This document shows positions 12,961 through 25,988 of a stretch of DNA of 64,000 nucleotides, one piece after another. Every line of letters begins with the position of its first letter. Within the stretch, counting starts at the first letter, position 1. Source of the stretch: Lama glama. Taxonomy: Eukaryota. The DNA lies in contig CM052818.1 of assembly GCA_028534125.1 (NCBI GenBank), forward strand, positions 4,776,001-4,840,000. The letters are read 5' to 3'. A program made the translations under genes and the position numbers. The notes under the pieces were generated by a model. It ran no database searches, had not been told where the DNA came from, and saw nothing but the letters and a program-made list of their open reading frames with translations.

Positions 12961-15900
12961 ATGAAAAATCCCAGGTCCTGTCCGCTCTTCCAGGCTGCTT
13001 CCCCAAGGCCTAACCTCCTGAGTGCAATAAGCAGGTTTCCCCTTTAACCTCTGGCCCTGCAGCCGAAAGATTGCTTGATGGAAGAGGGTAGGAGAAGGCA
13101 AGGAGTTTCTAAGTAAGAATTTGTCTTTCAAGAATGTTCTACCTGGAGGTGTTTTTTTTTTTTTCTTGCTTAAATCTAGGATGGTCCTGAAAAATCAGTT
13201 GGGGAAGGCGTTTGGCAGAAAATACATCTGTAACAGCAGTTAGCTGAGCCCATGGCGTTGGGAGAGTGTCCCATTTGCTGAAATTGCACTTTCCTGGGTG
13301 TGTGTGATGAGACGGGGAGCTATCTAGGGCCATGGAGCCCCAGGAGTGAGTTCATTGAGCAAGCAGTGAATTCAGATGAAGTTTAAATTATCTGAACTGA
13401 GAGTCTCGGCTATTGGATAAAAAAGAATGTGATCAGTTTGAGTGAGGTTGGGTGTGGGATGAAGAATCACCCAACAAATGAAGATGGGGCTTTGTGGAGA
13501 CCAAGGCAGCCGCCAGGCAGTTTCATCACACATGTTTTGAGGAGGGAGGGGTAGCTGGACCTGAATTGAGTTAGACTCTGGTTCCACCCAGCCACGAGTT
13601 GCCTTTTGTGTGTAAGGGAACTGTTTCGTGGTGGTATGTGGTGCAGCCTATCACAGGAGTTCAATTCTTCCCGCCTCTTGTTTTGTTATCATTATAAAAC
13701 GCTGAGTTATAAGAACCCCTCAGGTACTCCCATGGAAAAGTCACCGACTTGGGTGGACCCAACCGCCATTTTTCATCACCATCCTGGTTCCATCACCATC
13801 CTGGTTCCTGAAGTGGGCAGACGGGGGGATCAGCAGAGCTCCTGGCAGGTCTGTGCTGGCTTCTACTTGGATGTGCCTCTCCTTACCAACAAGAAGATTT
13901 TTCCTAGAGATGTTGCTGGAAGATGATTCAATACGTTTCTTCCTTGGAGGATGGGTTTTCTTTTGGTAGCCTTTCCAGACACATGGAAACTAACACGTCT
14001 CTGCTTTCTCCCTTAAGGACCCCTAAATTTTCAGAGTTTGAACTTCCAAGCCCTCACTTGAAAGTCAGTGTCATTTTCCAAACACGCAAGCAGGAATTTC
14101 AATGGGCAGCATCCCTTTGAACGATATGACCTTTCTAGATAACTTCACATTTTGTTTTGTTTGCTTTCAGGCTCACCCCTCCCCAAACTGCATTCTTTTC
14201 CTTTTCGTTTATGAGAGAACGAAAGTCGTATCAGGAGGAGCGAAGCATATGAACCATACTTTATATATTTCCAGAAATAGTTTTCGGAGCCACTGAAAGA
14301 TGTTGATGTTATCTTTTTAATATTCCGAGAAATAATCCTATTAAACAAAAAACAAGGGAACCTGTTAGGCCCACAAGGCGGAATTACCCAAAGCCTCCTG
14401 GCAGGGGTCGAGTTACTTTACAAAACCCTAGCTGTGCCAGGCTTCTATCTCTCCATCTCGGGCTCGGTGAGTGAGCAGTCATCTGCGGATTCTGCTCATC
14501 TCTCTTTGCGAACTTTGTTCTGTGGAATTAGATACAACTTTGACCAATTAGAAAAGGCTCCCCGCCGGCCCGCGGTCCCCGGAGCAGCACAGTCCACTGA
14601 TTGTGCGCTGGCCTTCTGAAGTCCGGCCATGTCAGGCCGTCAGTGGCAGCCCGGCCACCAGAACTCGCTTTTTAATAAGCAGATCTGTCAGCACCAGGTT
14701 CTTCGGATCTTCCGACCTCTCCTTAATCCTTGGGACGTGCTGACTTTCTTCTGTGTTTCGCTTATGGCCAAGGGCCCTGTGCGCAGAAAGAAATCTCTTC
14801 TTTGTTTATAGCACAGAGGCAACAAAATTAACCTTTGAGATTAACTGTAAATGAGTGAGGATCATGTTTTATTTTTTCCTCGGGATGAGGGGTGGGGATT
14901 AACACATGCACGAGGGAGGGAGCGTGTGCACGCGTGTGCCTGTGTGTGCCCGCCCCTCCCCCACTCCCATCATGACCCCCCCCCAACTCTCTTTCTGCTC
15001 CTGTTTTCCTTTATTCTGGTGTGGGTTTATTCTGGGATGGATAGAGCTAGTGAATGGTATTTTATTTTTTTCCGTAATCTTCAATCCCATTTCATTTCTT
15101 AGGAGAGGGACAGAAAACATCCACATATTACAAGCGATGCCCAGTAAGTTAAGGGTAAAAACTTGTCTTGGCTAAAGACACAGGGTGGGGTTCTTTGGTC
15201 CAGTGTAAGTAGGCAGAGTCTTGGTATAGATTAGAGCAAGAACCACGAATGATGTCGCAAAGATGCGACAAAGTGTCTTTATGTTGGTTTGTATTATGTT
15301 TAACACTGTTGGGTGGTAGAGTTCTGGTTCTCCAACATATAGGGAAGACTTTGCTGGTAAATAACTCCCCCTGTTTTTTTCCCCCCAAGCACAAGTCATT
15401 TAATAAGTCAGATAAATGAAAGACCTTGTTCATAATTATTGCTAACTATTGAAACTGCAGTTTGACTTAATTATACTTGATGAAAAAAATTTTTTTGAAG
15501 TAAAGTTGATACAAATAATATTATAAATAACAGCTATGAGGCAAAATTTGCACTGGGGAGAGAATGGAAGCCAATTGCCTCAATAGAGATGTTACTCTTG
15601 GTCTCTGGAAACTCTTGAAAGGTGGGGCAAGATGAGGTTGAGACTAGATTATTTCTGACCTCTGGGGAGCCCAGAAGTGGACTCCTGACATCGTCTCTGT
15701 GTTGCTGAGAGAGTAGGGACCCCCCGTTCTGCTGCTCGTTCTCCATGTTTGATGGGATCTTCATCACCATGGTGACAACATCCAGGCAGCCTATTTAAGG
15801 CTCCTGTCTCTATTTCTTGAAGTTGCTGAAATGTGGCTGGGACTCGGGACAGTGACTCATTCTGGCCACAGCCCCTTCTTAAAGCCAAGGGTTCTATTAG

Positions 15901-16539
15901 AAGCGTATTCTGATTCCAGCTTCTTTGTATTTGGTTGGCTTCTGTGGAATGGGACCACTTTTGTAATTTTTGTTGCCTTTCATCAAACAGAATTATTTTC
16001 AGCTGGTTTCAGTTCTACACACACTCTCTCGCTCTCTTTTAATAAACAGAACAAATTAAAGTGACATGTCAGTGCAGCAATATTTTATTTTTCACTCAGC
16101 GGTGGCCATGACCATAACAATTAAACAGAAGAGAAAAGGGGCTTCATTGTAGGTGCAAGGTTGAAGTTTCAAAAACTAGAGAAATAACCAGGTCAGTGCC
16201 CAGGAGCCCCTAACACAACGATCAGTGTTTCAGGGGAATGAAAACAGCATGTGTGCTGGGGTCCCCACTTTCCCCATTAGCCTCGCCTTGAGCCAGGTAT
16301 TTAATGTGTGCTGCATTGGTTTTGGCAGAGGACAGTGCTTGGAGGAAGCAGTTTTTTAAGTTCCCTTGTTATCTCTGGGAGGTAATAAAGATCTTTATTT
16401 ACAAATAATGTGCTTTCTGTGAAGTGCCTTTGTGTGGGCGTTGCACACCCAAGCAAAATGATACGTTCTTTGTTTTTGTCTTGATAAGAGCAAAGCTTGG
16501 TGTGTAGGTGGCTGGTTTGCAGCCAGACAGTGCACTCTC

Positions 16540-16626
16540 TGGGTATGCGACACCGTTCAAGTCATGTCACCTCTCTGCTCCTTGGGATTCTCATTTCTGG
16601 GAGGGAGTTAATAATGTTGTAAGAAT
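16540..16626 (+). mobile_element. MIR fragment
   Basis: CAAGTCATGTCACCTCTCTG...TTCTCATTT...GTTGTAAGAAT. Confidence 0.5.
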
Positions 16627-16659
16627 CGCCGAGGAACCAGGAGAGGAAAGGGCTGCATT

Positions 16660-16905
16660 TTACTCCCTGGCTGCCTGGTATCTGTCTTTTGAAATGCTGT
16701 CAAGTGTCACCTCCTCCGGGAAGCCTTCCTGGACCACAGTGGGGCTGGATGGCCCCCTGCCCTCCTTGGTGAGAGCACTTCTCTTATTACCTGTTCCACC
16801 ACTCACTTATAATCTCCTTTAGGGTAGGAACAATGAGTCTCACCTTGTATCAAATGAAACTTAGAGCTCAGCCCAGGGGCTGGCTCACAGTAGGGACTGG
16901 GGAAA
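16660..16905 (+). mobile_element. LINE-2 3' end
   Basis: TCAAGTGTCACCTCCTCCGGGAAGCCTTCCTGGACCAC...GGCTCACAGTAGG. Confidence 0.7.
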
Positions 16906-17019
16906 GGCGGTCAAATTACGGCCGAACTGAACTCTGTCATTAAAAGGGGGTGATCAAAAGGCATGAGATGCTAATGTCCATCAGCTCCTCACAGCAATGA
17001 ATGTTGAAGGAGATTTTTA

Positions 17020-17134
17020 TTTTTACTTTTGGGGGGCAGTTATTAGGTTTATTTATTTAATGGAAGGACTCGGGGTTGAACCCAGAACCTTGTACATGCT
17101 AAGTGCAAGCTCTGTCACTGAGCTCTGCCCCCTC
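17020..17134 (-). mobile_element. Camelid tRNA-Ala-derived SINE (vic-1 type), long form
   Basis: Reverse of AGCTCAGTG...CTTAGCATG...GGGTTCAACCCC; 15-bp TSD TGAAG(G/C)AGATTTTTA at 17005-17019 and 17135-17149. Confidence 0.92.
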
Positions 17135-18319
17135 TGAAGCAGATTTTTAAATTTTAAAATCAATTTTCAGCCATCCTTCAGAGAGAGTTCCTGACAAGTC
17201 CACGGAGTCTAAGGGAGCAAAAAATAAAAGACCTTTATCGGAAAAAAATTGGAAGGTGCCATTTCTCTCCCCCACTTTCTCATACAAAATAAAGGAGAGA
17301 GGGTAAGAGAAATGACTGAATCCTGGGCTGAAGGTGGAGGCTGTGGGAAAGCCTTGATGAGGCTTGTACCCAAGTTGTACCCAGTGTTTCCGTGTGACCT
17401 ACGAAACAATGCATCTTTTTAACTGGATAGAGTGATGTAAAACATATCGGAGGCAGGTCCTTTTGGTGTGTTCGGCTGGCAGGCAGAAGAACCATGGCAG
17501 ATAATATTTTGGATTTTACAGAAGTGAGGATGCATCTGTAAAAAAAAAAAAAAAAGTTTCTCTCAACACACATGACCACTTTGATAACGCTGGTCTGCAA
17601 AAAAGACGGCATGGTTTTCCTCTCTCATCTGTTCCTGCCTGCCTTCCCCTCACATCCGGTATTTTATAATAAAATTTCCAGCAGATACGGGTTGTTCAAC
17701 AGTCGCTAGCAATACGTTGATTAATTATGTGGACCAGACTTTCAGTATATAATTAAGCTAAACAAGACTGCATTAAAATACGGTGAATCATTTGACTGCA
17801 AGCCACAAAAACAAGGAAACTGAGTGAAAGCAGAATCTCTGACCTCACTCGCTTTAGCATATTGTAGGAGACAAAAATAAAATCAGTTATGAATCATACC
17901 GCTGCCACAATACGGTGCTGCAGAAAGGAAGTTCTGATCTTTGATTGGAGCAGTTTCAAAGGTAGAAGTCAAAGTGGACACTTTGTTCTTCTGGTAGACA
18001 CACACAGAATTCTTCAACTACTAAATACAATGGACAAAAAAACCCTTTTCTTACTTAAGTGGGTGATGTTTATTTCTGTTGTTGTTTAAGTTATTATATA
18101 GCATTTTCTTCAATGTCATCTAGATAAGGTGCATTTACATTGTCTCAAAACTATTTTATGTCGACATGCTTTCACTGTCGCTGAAACCAGAATTCAGGGG
18201 AGTGAACTGTACGTCCCATTTACAAAAGTCGAATCAGTTCTTAATAAACCCCCCAAGTATAAAAGTGTCATTTATTCACTGTGGACTTTTGGAAGATGTG
18301 GAAAAGTGTGTAAAAATAA

Positions 18320-18382
18320 TTGGGAGTTTGGGATTGGTGGATGCAAACTACTATGTACAGAATAGATGAACAACAGGGAACT
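18320..18382 (+). mobile_element. LINE-1 3' UTR fragment
   Basis: GGGAGTTTGGGATTGGTGGATGCAAACTACTATGTACAGAATAGATGAACAACAGGG. Confidence 0.7.
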
Positions 18383-18462
18383 GTGATCTGAGCGAGGACT
18401 CAGAAATGACGTCGCCAGGATGGATGTCTTGGCCTCCTTTCCTCTGAGTTGGCTCAACCCTC

Positions 18463-18981
18463 TGTCACCTGAAAAAAGATGCACAACCTAAAAACTGAGA
18501 ATCATGTTCTATTCGGCAGATTTTCTGCAGACCTCAAGCCCGGGAGACAGCCTCTCTGGTCGCTCTCAGGGACTGCTGAGAAGAGGTGAGGGAGGAGCCG
18601 GGATATATGGCAGTTTTTGCAGTGAAGTCAAGGTAGTCAGAACATCACAAGGTTACTGTTAATTAAAGAAAACCAGACATCTCAAGTTAAGGAATTTAGC
18701 GCTTTTCTATTCGTGGGAAGATGTAAGAGTCTGGGCTCACTGAAGTCATTCCTTGGATGTGCACCTTAGCCACCTGGGGCCAGTGTCCTGTTCCTTCCCA
18801 TCCTGAGCCCTGCGTGGGTGCACCATTGTGGGGGCTGCAGCGGCTGAGGGCTTGGCAGCAGGGGCAGCCCGTGTGTCTCCATCCTGAGTTCCCTCAGGGC
18901 TCACCAGGGGGCGGCTGTAGTGGCTCGACGGCTACAGCATCCTTTGTTTACCATTGTGGCAGGTACCATTTTTCATTTACA
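18463..18981 (-). mobile_element. ERV1-class solo LTR
   Basis: TG...CA termini, perfect 4-bp TSD CCTC (18459-18462 / 18982-18985), 519 bp; resembles cetartiodactyl MER41-like LTRs; strand inferred from family resemblance. Confidence 0.9.
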
Positions 18982-19074
18982 CCTCTAGCTGGCTCCCCTC
19001 ATGGGAATAGGTTACAGTAGGCCCAAACTCTTCTCGCTCAGGTAGATCTGGGGGAGAAGAGGAGTTTCTGTCCT

Positions 19075-19600
19075 AGCTTTCCAGACACCTCTTCCCTGGA
19101 TTCACTCCCAGTGTACCTATTTAGGTCAGCATCTTTCCCTGAACCAATCACAGGCCATGGTAATGGAATCCACTGATTGACTGAAGCCAATTGGAGTTTC
19201 CCTCTGGAGCTGGAGGTGAGGTCCATCCGTCAGGCACTGCATCACTGGGGGGCTGGAAACAGTGTCAGGAAGGCAGACCTACATCCCACCAGGAAAATCG
19301 ACAGATAGACACGAACATCTCCCTGGTGGTCGGGACTCTAATTTGTGAAGTTGGCTGTCATGGGGGGTGAATTCTGCCAAAAGGGCGGAGCAGCAGTAGA
19401 TCGAGCAGAAGAAAGCAGGTGGGGTAGAGAAGCAGAAGCGCCAGGGAGGAGAGAATGCTGATGAAATTCTAATTATTGTTTCCAGTCCTTTCAAGGTCAA
19501 GTTCTAGTCCTACCTGCTCTGTTCTTTGAGAACTCCCCAGGTCCACGTAATAAAACCCCCTGTTTTGCTTACGTTGTCTTGTGTTGTTACCTGCATCCAC
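19075..19600. mobile_element. Degenerate ancient LTR fragments (MLT1/ERVL-like)
   Basis: CCCTGAACCAATCACAGGCCATGG...CTGATTG (MLT1-like) and TAATAAAACCCCCTGTTTTGCTTA...GTTACCTGCA (ERVL-like end). Confidence 0.5.
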
Positions 19601-20594
19601 ATTTGCACCGATCATGGCTTCTAGAAGATTCCCAAATCCTGCCTACCTTTCCTGCCTCCTTTGGCTCTGACCCGAACCTTCCATTTGATAGTTCTGTTCC
19701 CTCTTTTAAAGGTGATCTTATAAGGCATCTAGGATTAAATGTGATGAGTAGGATGAGGGAGCAGTAAGAGCTGACCATGAACCTGAGACAGGCTGGCGAT
19801 AGTTTATCGGACCCCTTTGATATGGGTGTAAGTAAGACATTTGACTCCGTGTACTTAGCAGATGTTTATCAGGTCCCACCACAGGAATGTTGCAAAAATC
19901 TTCAGAGGAACCTTTTTCCCCCGTCCCTCCTGCACCTCGGATGTGATGTGCTGTGAAATATGTTGACTCTTTTTTTTTTTTCCCCTTTACAAAACCCATA
20001 AAAATGTCCTGGTTGACATGCAATGTTGTGACAAGCCCTAGTAGACTGTGTCAATCAAATTGCTTTATGTTACATTAAGTGACATATTGTAATGTGATTG
20101 ATACAACATGGGATGACACATCATAATGCAAAATATCATCTGGAAAATGCAGAAAACAACAGAAGATGTGAAGCCACTTTTACTTGCTAATTCTTTGAAT
20201 ATGATGTTGGAAATGACGACTGTTCATTAGGACTGTTATGTGGGACAGGGTTCCGGTCTTGTGAGGTTGGGGGTGCAGCTCTGTCCTTTGTAATTAACAG
20301 GTGATGGAGGAAAGAGTTGCATCTTTGGGGACTGATCAACTCTGAGTTTGAATTAATGTCTCCAAGGCTTTGTACTCTTCTTTAGTGACAGTATCTTTTC
20401 TGCACATCGAAATTGCCTTCAGAACTTTTTTTATCAAAACAATTCCACCCACCCACCCCAGTTAATATTCTCTGCTTTAAAATTGCTGATATGCTCTTTC
20501 CCTTGTCCTGCAAAGACTGGGGGATAAAAAGCGTTTTCAGATTTCACTGTAAGGTCAGTGAGGGCCTCACAGGGTAATAGCTTTTACAATTTTG

Positions 20595-20665
20595 ACTGTA
20601 TCCCCAGGGTCTTATATGGTGCCAGGCACAGGGAAACCATTAATATGTGTTTGTTGAATGACTTA
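20595..20665 (+). mobile_element. LINE-2 3' terminus
   Basis: CTGTATCCCCAG...GTGCCAGGCACAG...AATATGTGTTTGTTGAATGA. Confidence 0.75.
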
Positions 20666-20741
20666 CTAACGACTCTTCATCTTTAATTATAGTTTATTTG
20701 CATTAATTGAGTGGCACTTATTCAAGTAGAATAAAACCCCG

Positions 20742-21170
20742 TGTATGAGTTTCCCAGGGCTGCCGCAGCAAAGTACGATGAATGTGATGGCTTTTCGCAG
20801 CTCTGGAGGACCGCGAAGTCTGCAGTCAAGATGTTGGCAGGGCCAAGCACCATCTGAAGGCTTTACAGCACGGTCCTTCCTTACTCCTTCCAGCTGATGG
20901 TGGGTCCAGAGGTCCTTAGCTTGTGGCCTCACACTTGCAAACTCCGCTTCTGTCTTCCCATGGCCTCCTCTCTGTCTCTGTGTCATCTTCTCTTCTTATG
21001 AGGACACTTGTCATCGGATTTTGAGTCCACTTGGATAATCTTGAGATGGATGATTTCATCTCAGGATCCTTAACTTACTTACATCCCGAAAGACCCCTTT
21101 TTCCAAATAAGGTTGTATTTATTGGCTCCTGGTGGACATACATTTTTGGGAGACCATTTGACCCAGTATA
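20742..21170 (-). mobile_element. MaLR solo LTR (MLT1C/D-like)
   Basis: TGTATGAGTTTCCCAGGGCTGCC...CAAGATGTTGGCAGGGCC...TCTTATGAGGACACTTGTCAT...TTCCAAATAAGGT; 5-bp TSD CCCCG / CCCCA. Confidence 0.9.
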
Positions 21171-21268
21171 CCCCAATTAAGAACAATAATAAGATGGGAA
21201 GATTAACATTTTTGGTTGATGGTTTTATAAAATCTCTTTGTTTTAATCTGTGTTTAAAACTTTTTCTT

Positions 21269-21358
21269 GGGAGAGGGAAATAGCTCAGTGGTACAGTGCA
21301 TGCGTAGAATGTACGAGGTCCTGGGTTCAATCCCCAGTACCTCTATTACAAACAAAAC
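21269..21358 (+). mobile_element. Camelid tRNA-Ala-derived SINE (vic-1 type), short form
   Basis: ATAGCTCAGTGGTACAGTGCATGC...GAGGTCCTGGGTTCAATCCCCAGTACCTC; TSD AAAACTTTTTCT / AAACCTTTTTCT. Confidence 0.92.
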
Positions 21359-24300
21359 AAACCTTTTTCTGTTTACTTTTAAATCTTGGTAATTACAGTT
21401 TAATAAAGTTAACTAAATGTTTCTTTAATAATCATTATCTTTATAATATCCCAGGCAGCTTTCCCCATCTAAATATGAATTTGCACTATTAATTGAAGAG
21501 AGAAAAAATGGAAAAAGCTGAGATGAGTTTACTGATCTCCATATAGACTCTTCAAGTTCTTTAAAACACGCCAGCTGTCCTCAGATCCTCCCTGAACGTG
21601 CTGTGAGATGTGTGGGATTGTCTTGTGTTTAAGCAGAATGTGTAGAAGGATTCCGGCCAGTTGAGGGTTTTGAGGATGTGGCTCCTATACGGTTTCCTTA
21701 AATGTGAATTTCATTCCTGTTACCTCCCGTTATGCTCATAGCTACCTACAGACGTAAGAGTTCGGAGAGGAGAGAAATGAGTGTTTGGGGTGACCAGGGA
21801 AGGTCTTGTGGCAGAGGTGATATGAGAAAGGGGAGGAGGGCAGCCCATTCACGCGAGATGTGGCCTTGTGGTCTCACGGACACCAAATGCTCCTTGAAAA
21901 GAGCACTTGTCCTCCAAGCAATGGGAGGCCAGGTCCTCTTGCTCCTGCTGCCAAAGATGCCTCTGGTCCTTCATTCTAACGGCTAGGCAGCACGACCATA
22001 GACTTACATTAACTTTTCCTCTCTTTGTTCAATACCTTGTGGCTGTGGAAACTGATTTAATAAATCAAAATCGTCTCTTTCGATTTTCATTGTGGCTACA
22101 TCGGTGTCCTTTTGAATGGACTTCAATTATTGGGATGGCATATATTACTTTGAACCATTTTACAGCTCAATCAATACACACATCTTCATAATAAATATTG
22201 ATGTTGCTTGGAAGCCTCCACCAGCGTCATGCATGTTCTGTGTGGCTGTTAGGATTCAGGCACTCCGGGGGATTAATATTTTTATTTCCTTCTTCCATTG
22301 AACTCACATCTGAATGTGGCCCTTCCAGAAGGGAAGAGAAATCCTGAAACAAGCAAAACTCATCCCCAGATCTGTGACGCTAAAGACACTTCATGAGGAA
22401 GTTTGGGAACTGAAGTTGGTTATGGAACTCCACTCCTATGGAACAAACAGACTCAACTCATTGGAGAGAATGAACAGCTTAACTGCTTGAGTCTTTGCAA
22501 ATGACCAGCCAAGAAGAAAGAGTGTTCGCCTAGTAGGTTTAGAAACGGGAAAGTCTTAACTCAACCAAATCCTCAAACAAATGTCAAAGGCTTGTAGCTG
22601 GGAAAACAAAGAAGGTACCTGGGGAGTGTCTCTTGAAGGTGCAAGGAAATTTGAATATCTGAAATCCCAAGATCACGATGACGATGCTTACTAAAGAAGA
22701 TTCTTTTCTGATCTTATATTTGATTATATTCTTACAGTCAGATATAATGAATGAGTTCTTTTGGAGTTCAGTACACAGTGAATTATTGTCAAGCAAATGG
22801 TAGCATGTCTGAGTTTTTGAAATATTTTGGTTTCCAGTAAGAACTCAACCCCAGTCTACAGCATCTACAGCAAAGGCACAAGGTCGCACCTACGTCTTCA
22901 CAAATGAAGAGGAGCTGGACCCCCCAATGCGCATGTTTTCTCCCACAGGGGTCATGTAATCACCAGTATTTGTAATCTTAGTCATGATGCATCTTCTGTC
23001 TCTACCAAATTATAAGTAATATCTTGTTGCTCTTTTTCTGTGATTGTTAACTCTTTGGAACCCAGAGCATTGACAAAATCATCTCAGTCAGGGAGAAATA
23101 TCAGAGAAAAATAGAACAGTTTTGAATTAGGGCCTGAGGTCAAATTGTGGGAAAATAAGGGTTTTATACATTTCATAAGCATGGGAGTTTTTCCCAAATG
23201 CTGGAAAACTGGCCTGCCCTTTGAGTGCCTACTGTGTGTACTCAGAGCAGTGTTTTAAAAAATGTTTGAAAAATATCTTCTCCCATCAGTTTGGATCAGG
23301 TATTGTCCCAATGGTTTTATTTTTGCTTTTGTAATTTGAGCGACATTTCAGTGTTGATTTTTTACCGATCTGTGAACTTCCTTGCCAGGGGTTATAAAAG
23401 AAAAAGGCAAGCCCTTCCCACATTTAACAGTATCAGAACAGTGTTGTCTCTAAACTTTGAAATCCTTACAATTGTCTAAGCTTAGAGCCCTTTCTCACCT
23501 ACTTCTGGGCAATGTATTTCAAACCTTTCCCAGATGCAGATTTTTGAATAAATCGTGTTGTAATTCTTCTGCTTATTTTAATTTTTCTGGGTCCCAAGAC
23601 TAGAAAGCAATGCGGCTCAGAGTCAGAAAATTTTAGGTACGTAAACAAAAGCCTTACGTATAAATTCTGTTGCTTTACGCCTGTGTATATATTCGTACTG
23701 GTAATTTGATAAGATAGAGCCCTGAATGAAGACAGTGAGGAATGATCCGAGTATGAGGGAGGGTGCACTGCACATTCAGACTTTATCAACTCCAGGATCA
23801 GTTATCTGTTTGAAGAAAATTACATTGCATCTGTCAATAGGCTTAATAACTCAGTGCCTGCTGTTTGATAATGGATAATCACACAAATTCAGGAAGCTGG
23901 ACCATATGCCATTCCAGTTTTCTCTTCTCTTAGTCACCTTAATTTTCTAGATGAGTGAAATTATCTAGTCCTGGACTCAAGATGGCATATATGGGAAGAG
24001 AGCCTGCAGGAATCCAGCCGCCTCTGATGTTAGCTCCGTGCAGGTCGTGGCTGCCGGGTTATGTCTGCGACCCTGGCCTCTAATTGAAATGGGCAGAGTT
24101 TGGAAAATTGTAAACCTGGACGAGGCAAGTGATTAATGGATGGAAAATAATAAAGGGTGGATGTGGAACAGCTGGGGGGGGGGACAATGAGGCTGTAGAG
24201 GCCAGAATTCAGGCTCTATGGAATAATTCTGCATCTCTGTATTTAAACCAGGAAGAACAGAGACTAAACGGGAGAGATGATTTAAGGATGCTTTTCTCTG

Positions 24301-24439
24301 GAAGCAGGGAATCTTTCAAGGCTCTTCATTCCTATTGATCCAAGAAGCTGTTTCTCTCTATAGAACAATTTCTCGACTCTCAAATAATGTAGTCACTATA
24401 TCACGTAGTAATGGTTTTGACTATGAGTATTACATGAAT

Positions 24440-24927
24440 TAATTTCAATGACAAATGAATAGGTGTTTCTGTTTCTCAGATATCAAGGAGACCGGATGCA
24501 GGACAGGATGCAGGCAGCTTCTGGTGTGGATCTGACTGCTCAGGGATGCCATCAGCAACTCAGACTCTTTCCACCTTTGTCTCTGCCCTCCATACCAGGG
24601 CTCTTGTCTTCCTGCGTGTTTCTGGTGGTTGCCAGGTGGCCGCTGCATCTATCTCCCCCCGTGCAAGACAGGAAGGGTGGGACTGAGCCATCACCATCTG
24701 CCCCTTCACATCAGGAGAAGCAAACCTGCTCCAGAGGCTTCCGATAGATTTTGATTTTCATCCCATTAGTCAGAACTGCCTCACATCACCATCTTGAACT
24801 TCTAAGAAGCGGGACAAGTGAGTATCTCACTTGGAGCTGGGCTTATGGCTGCTTGAAAACAATCAGAGTTTTGTAAATAAGGAAGGAAGGAAGATTGCGA
24901 ATCAGGCAAAGAGCAGGGGCTGCCACA
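24440..24927. mobile_element. Ancient MaLR LTR (MLT1J/K-like)
   Basis: GCTCAGGGATGCCATCAG...TCTCTGCCCTCC...CCCATTAGTCAGAACTG...GTGAGTATC...CTGCCACA. Confidence 0.65.
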
Positions 24928-25388
24928 ACTGACTGCCTAAGCTGTATTGTGGAAGGAGGTAAGGGGTAGACAACTGTGCTATATCTACATAATTGCAGGG
25001 ATGTCGTGGTCCAAGTGATGCCAATAGTGGGGGCCACCCGGACACCACTGCCGTCGGTCTTTACATATTCTTTTTAAAGCGAATGAAGTCCATGTTTTGG
25101 GAATTTGTAGCAAATCAAGCAAAACCACAAGGATATACCATGGGGAGCTGACTCAGCAGGGGCAGGAAACTGAATTCACATTCTCAACCTGGTTCTTGGC
25201 TGGAAGCATCTCCTAGATGTCTATAAGGCCAGAGTCTAAACTGAGCCGCTCCTCTGTCTCCATCTCTCTTTCTAGATTTATTGAGTTTGGACCTGTCTGT
25301 GGGCTGGGAATGATAACCCAATCACATTCCCAGAGGAAGAGGATATCTTGCTGGAATAAGAAGTCTATCACCTTTTAGCTTAATTGCA

Positions 25389-25888
25389 NNNNNNNNNNNN
25401 NNNNNNNNNNNNNNNNNNNNNNNNNNNNNNNNNNNNNNNNNNNNNNNNNNNNNNNNNNNNNNNNNNNNNNNNNNNNNNNNNNNNNNNNNNNNNNNNNNNN
25501 NNNNNNNNNNNNNNNNNNNNNNNNNNNNNNNNNNNNNNNNNNNNNNNNNNNNNNNNNNNNNNNNNNNNNNNNNNNNNNNNNNNNNNNNNNNNNNNNNNNN
25601 NNNNNNNNNNNNNNNNNNNNNNNNNNNNNNNNNNNNNNNNNNNNNNNNNNNNNNNNNNNNNNNNNNNNNNNNNNNNNNNNNNNNNNNNNNNNNNNNNNNN
25701 NNNNNNNNNNNNNNNNNNNNNNNNNNNNNNNNNNNNNNNNNNNNNNNNNNNNNNNNNNNNNNNNNNNNNNNNNNNNNNNNNNNNNNNNNNNNNNNNNNNN
25801 NNNNNNNNNNNNNNNNNNNNNNNNNNNNNNNNNNNNNNNNNNNNNNNNNNNNNNNNNNNNNNNNNNNNNNNNNNNNNNNNNNNNNNNN
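25389..25888. other. Assembly gap (500 N)
   Basis: Run of exactly 500 N. Confidence 0.99.
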
Positions 25889-25988
25889 AACATTTTGTGT
25901 ATATTTCCCTGTGCTATACAGTGTAATCTTGTTTATCTATTCTACAATTTTGAAATCCCAGTCTATCCCTTCCCACCCTCTACCCCCT
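25889..25988 (-). mobile_element. LINE-1 3' UTR fragment abutting the gap
   Basis: ATATTTCCCTGTGCTATACAGTGTAATCTTGTTTATCTATTCTACAATTTTGAAATCCCAGTCTATCCCTTCCCACCC. Confidence 0.8.
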
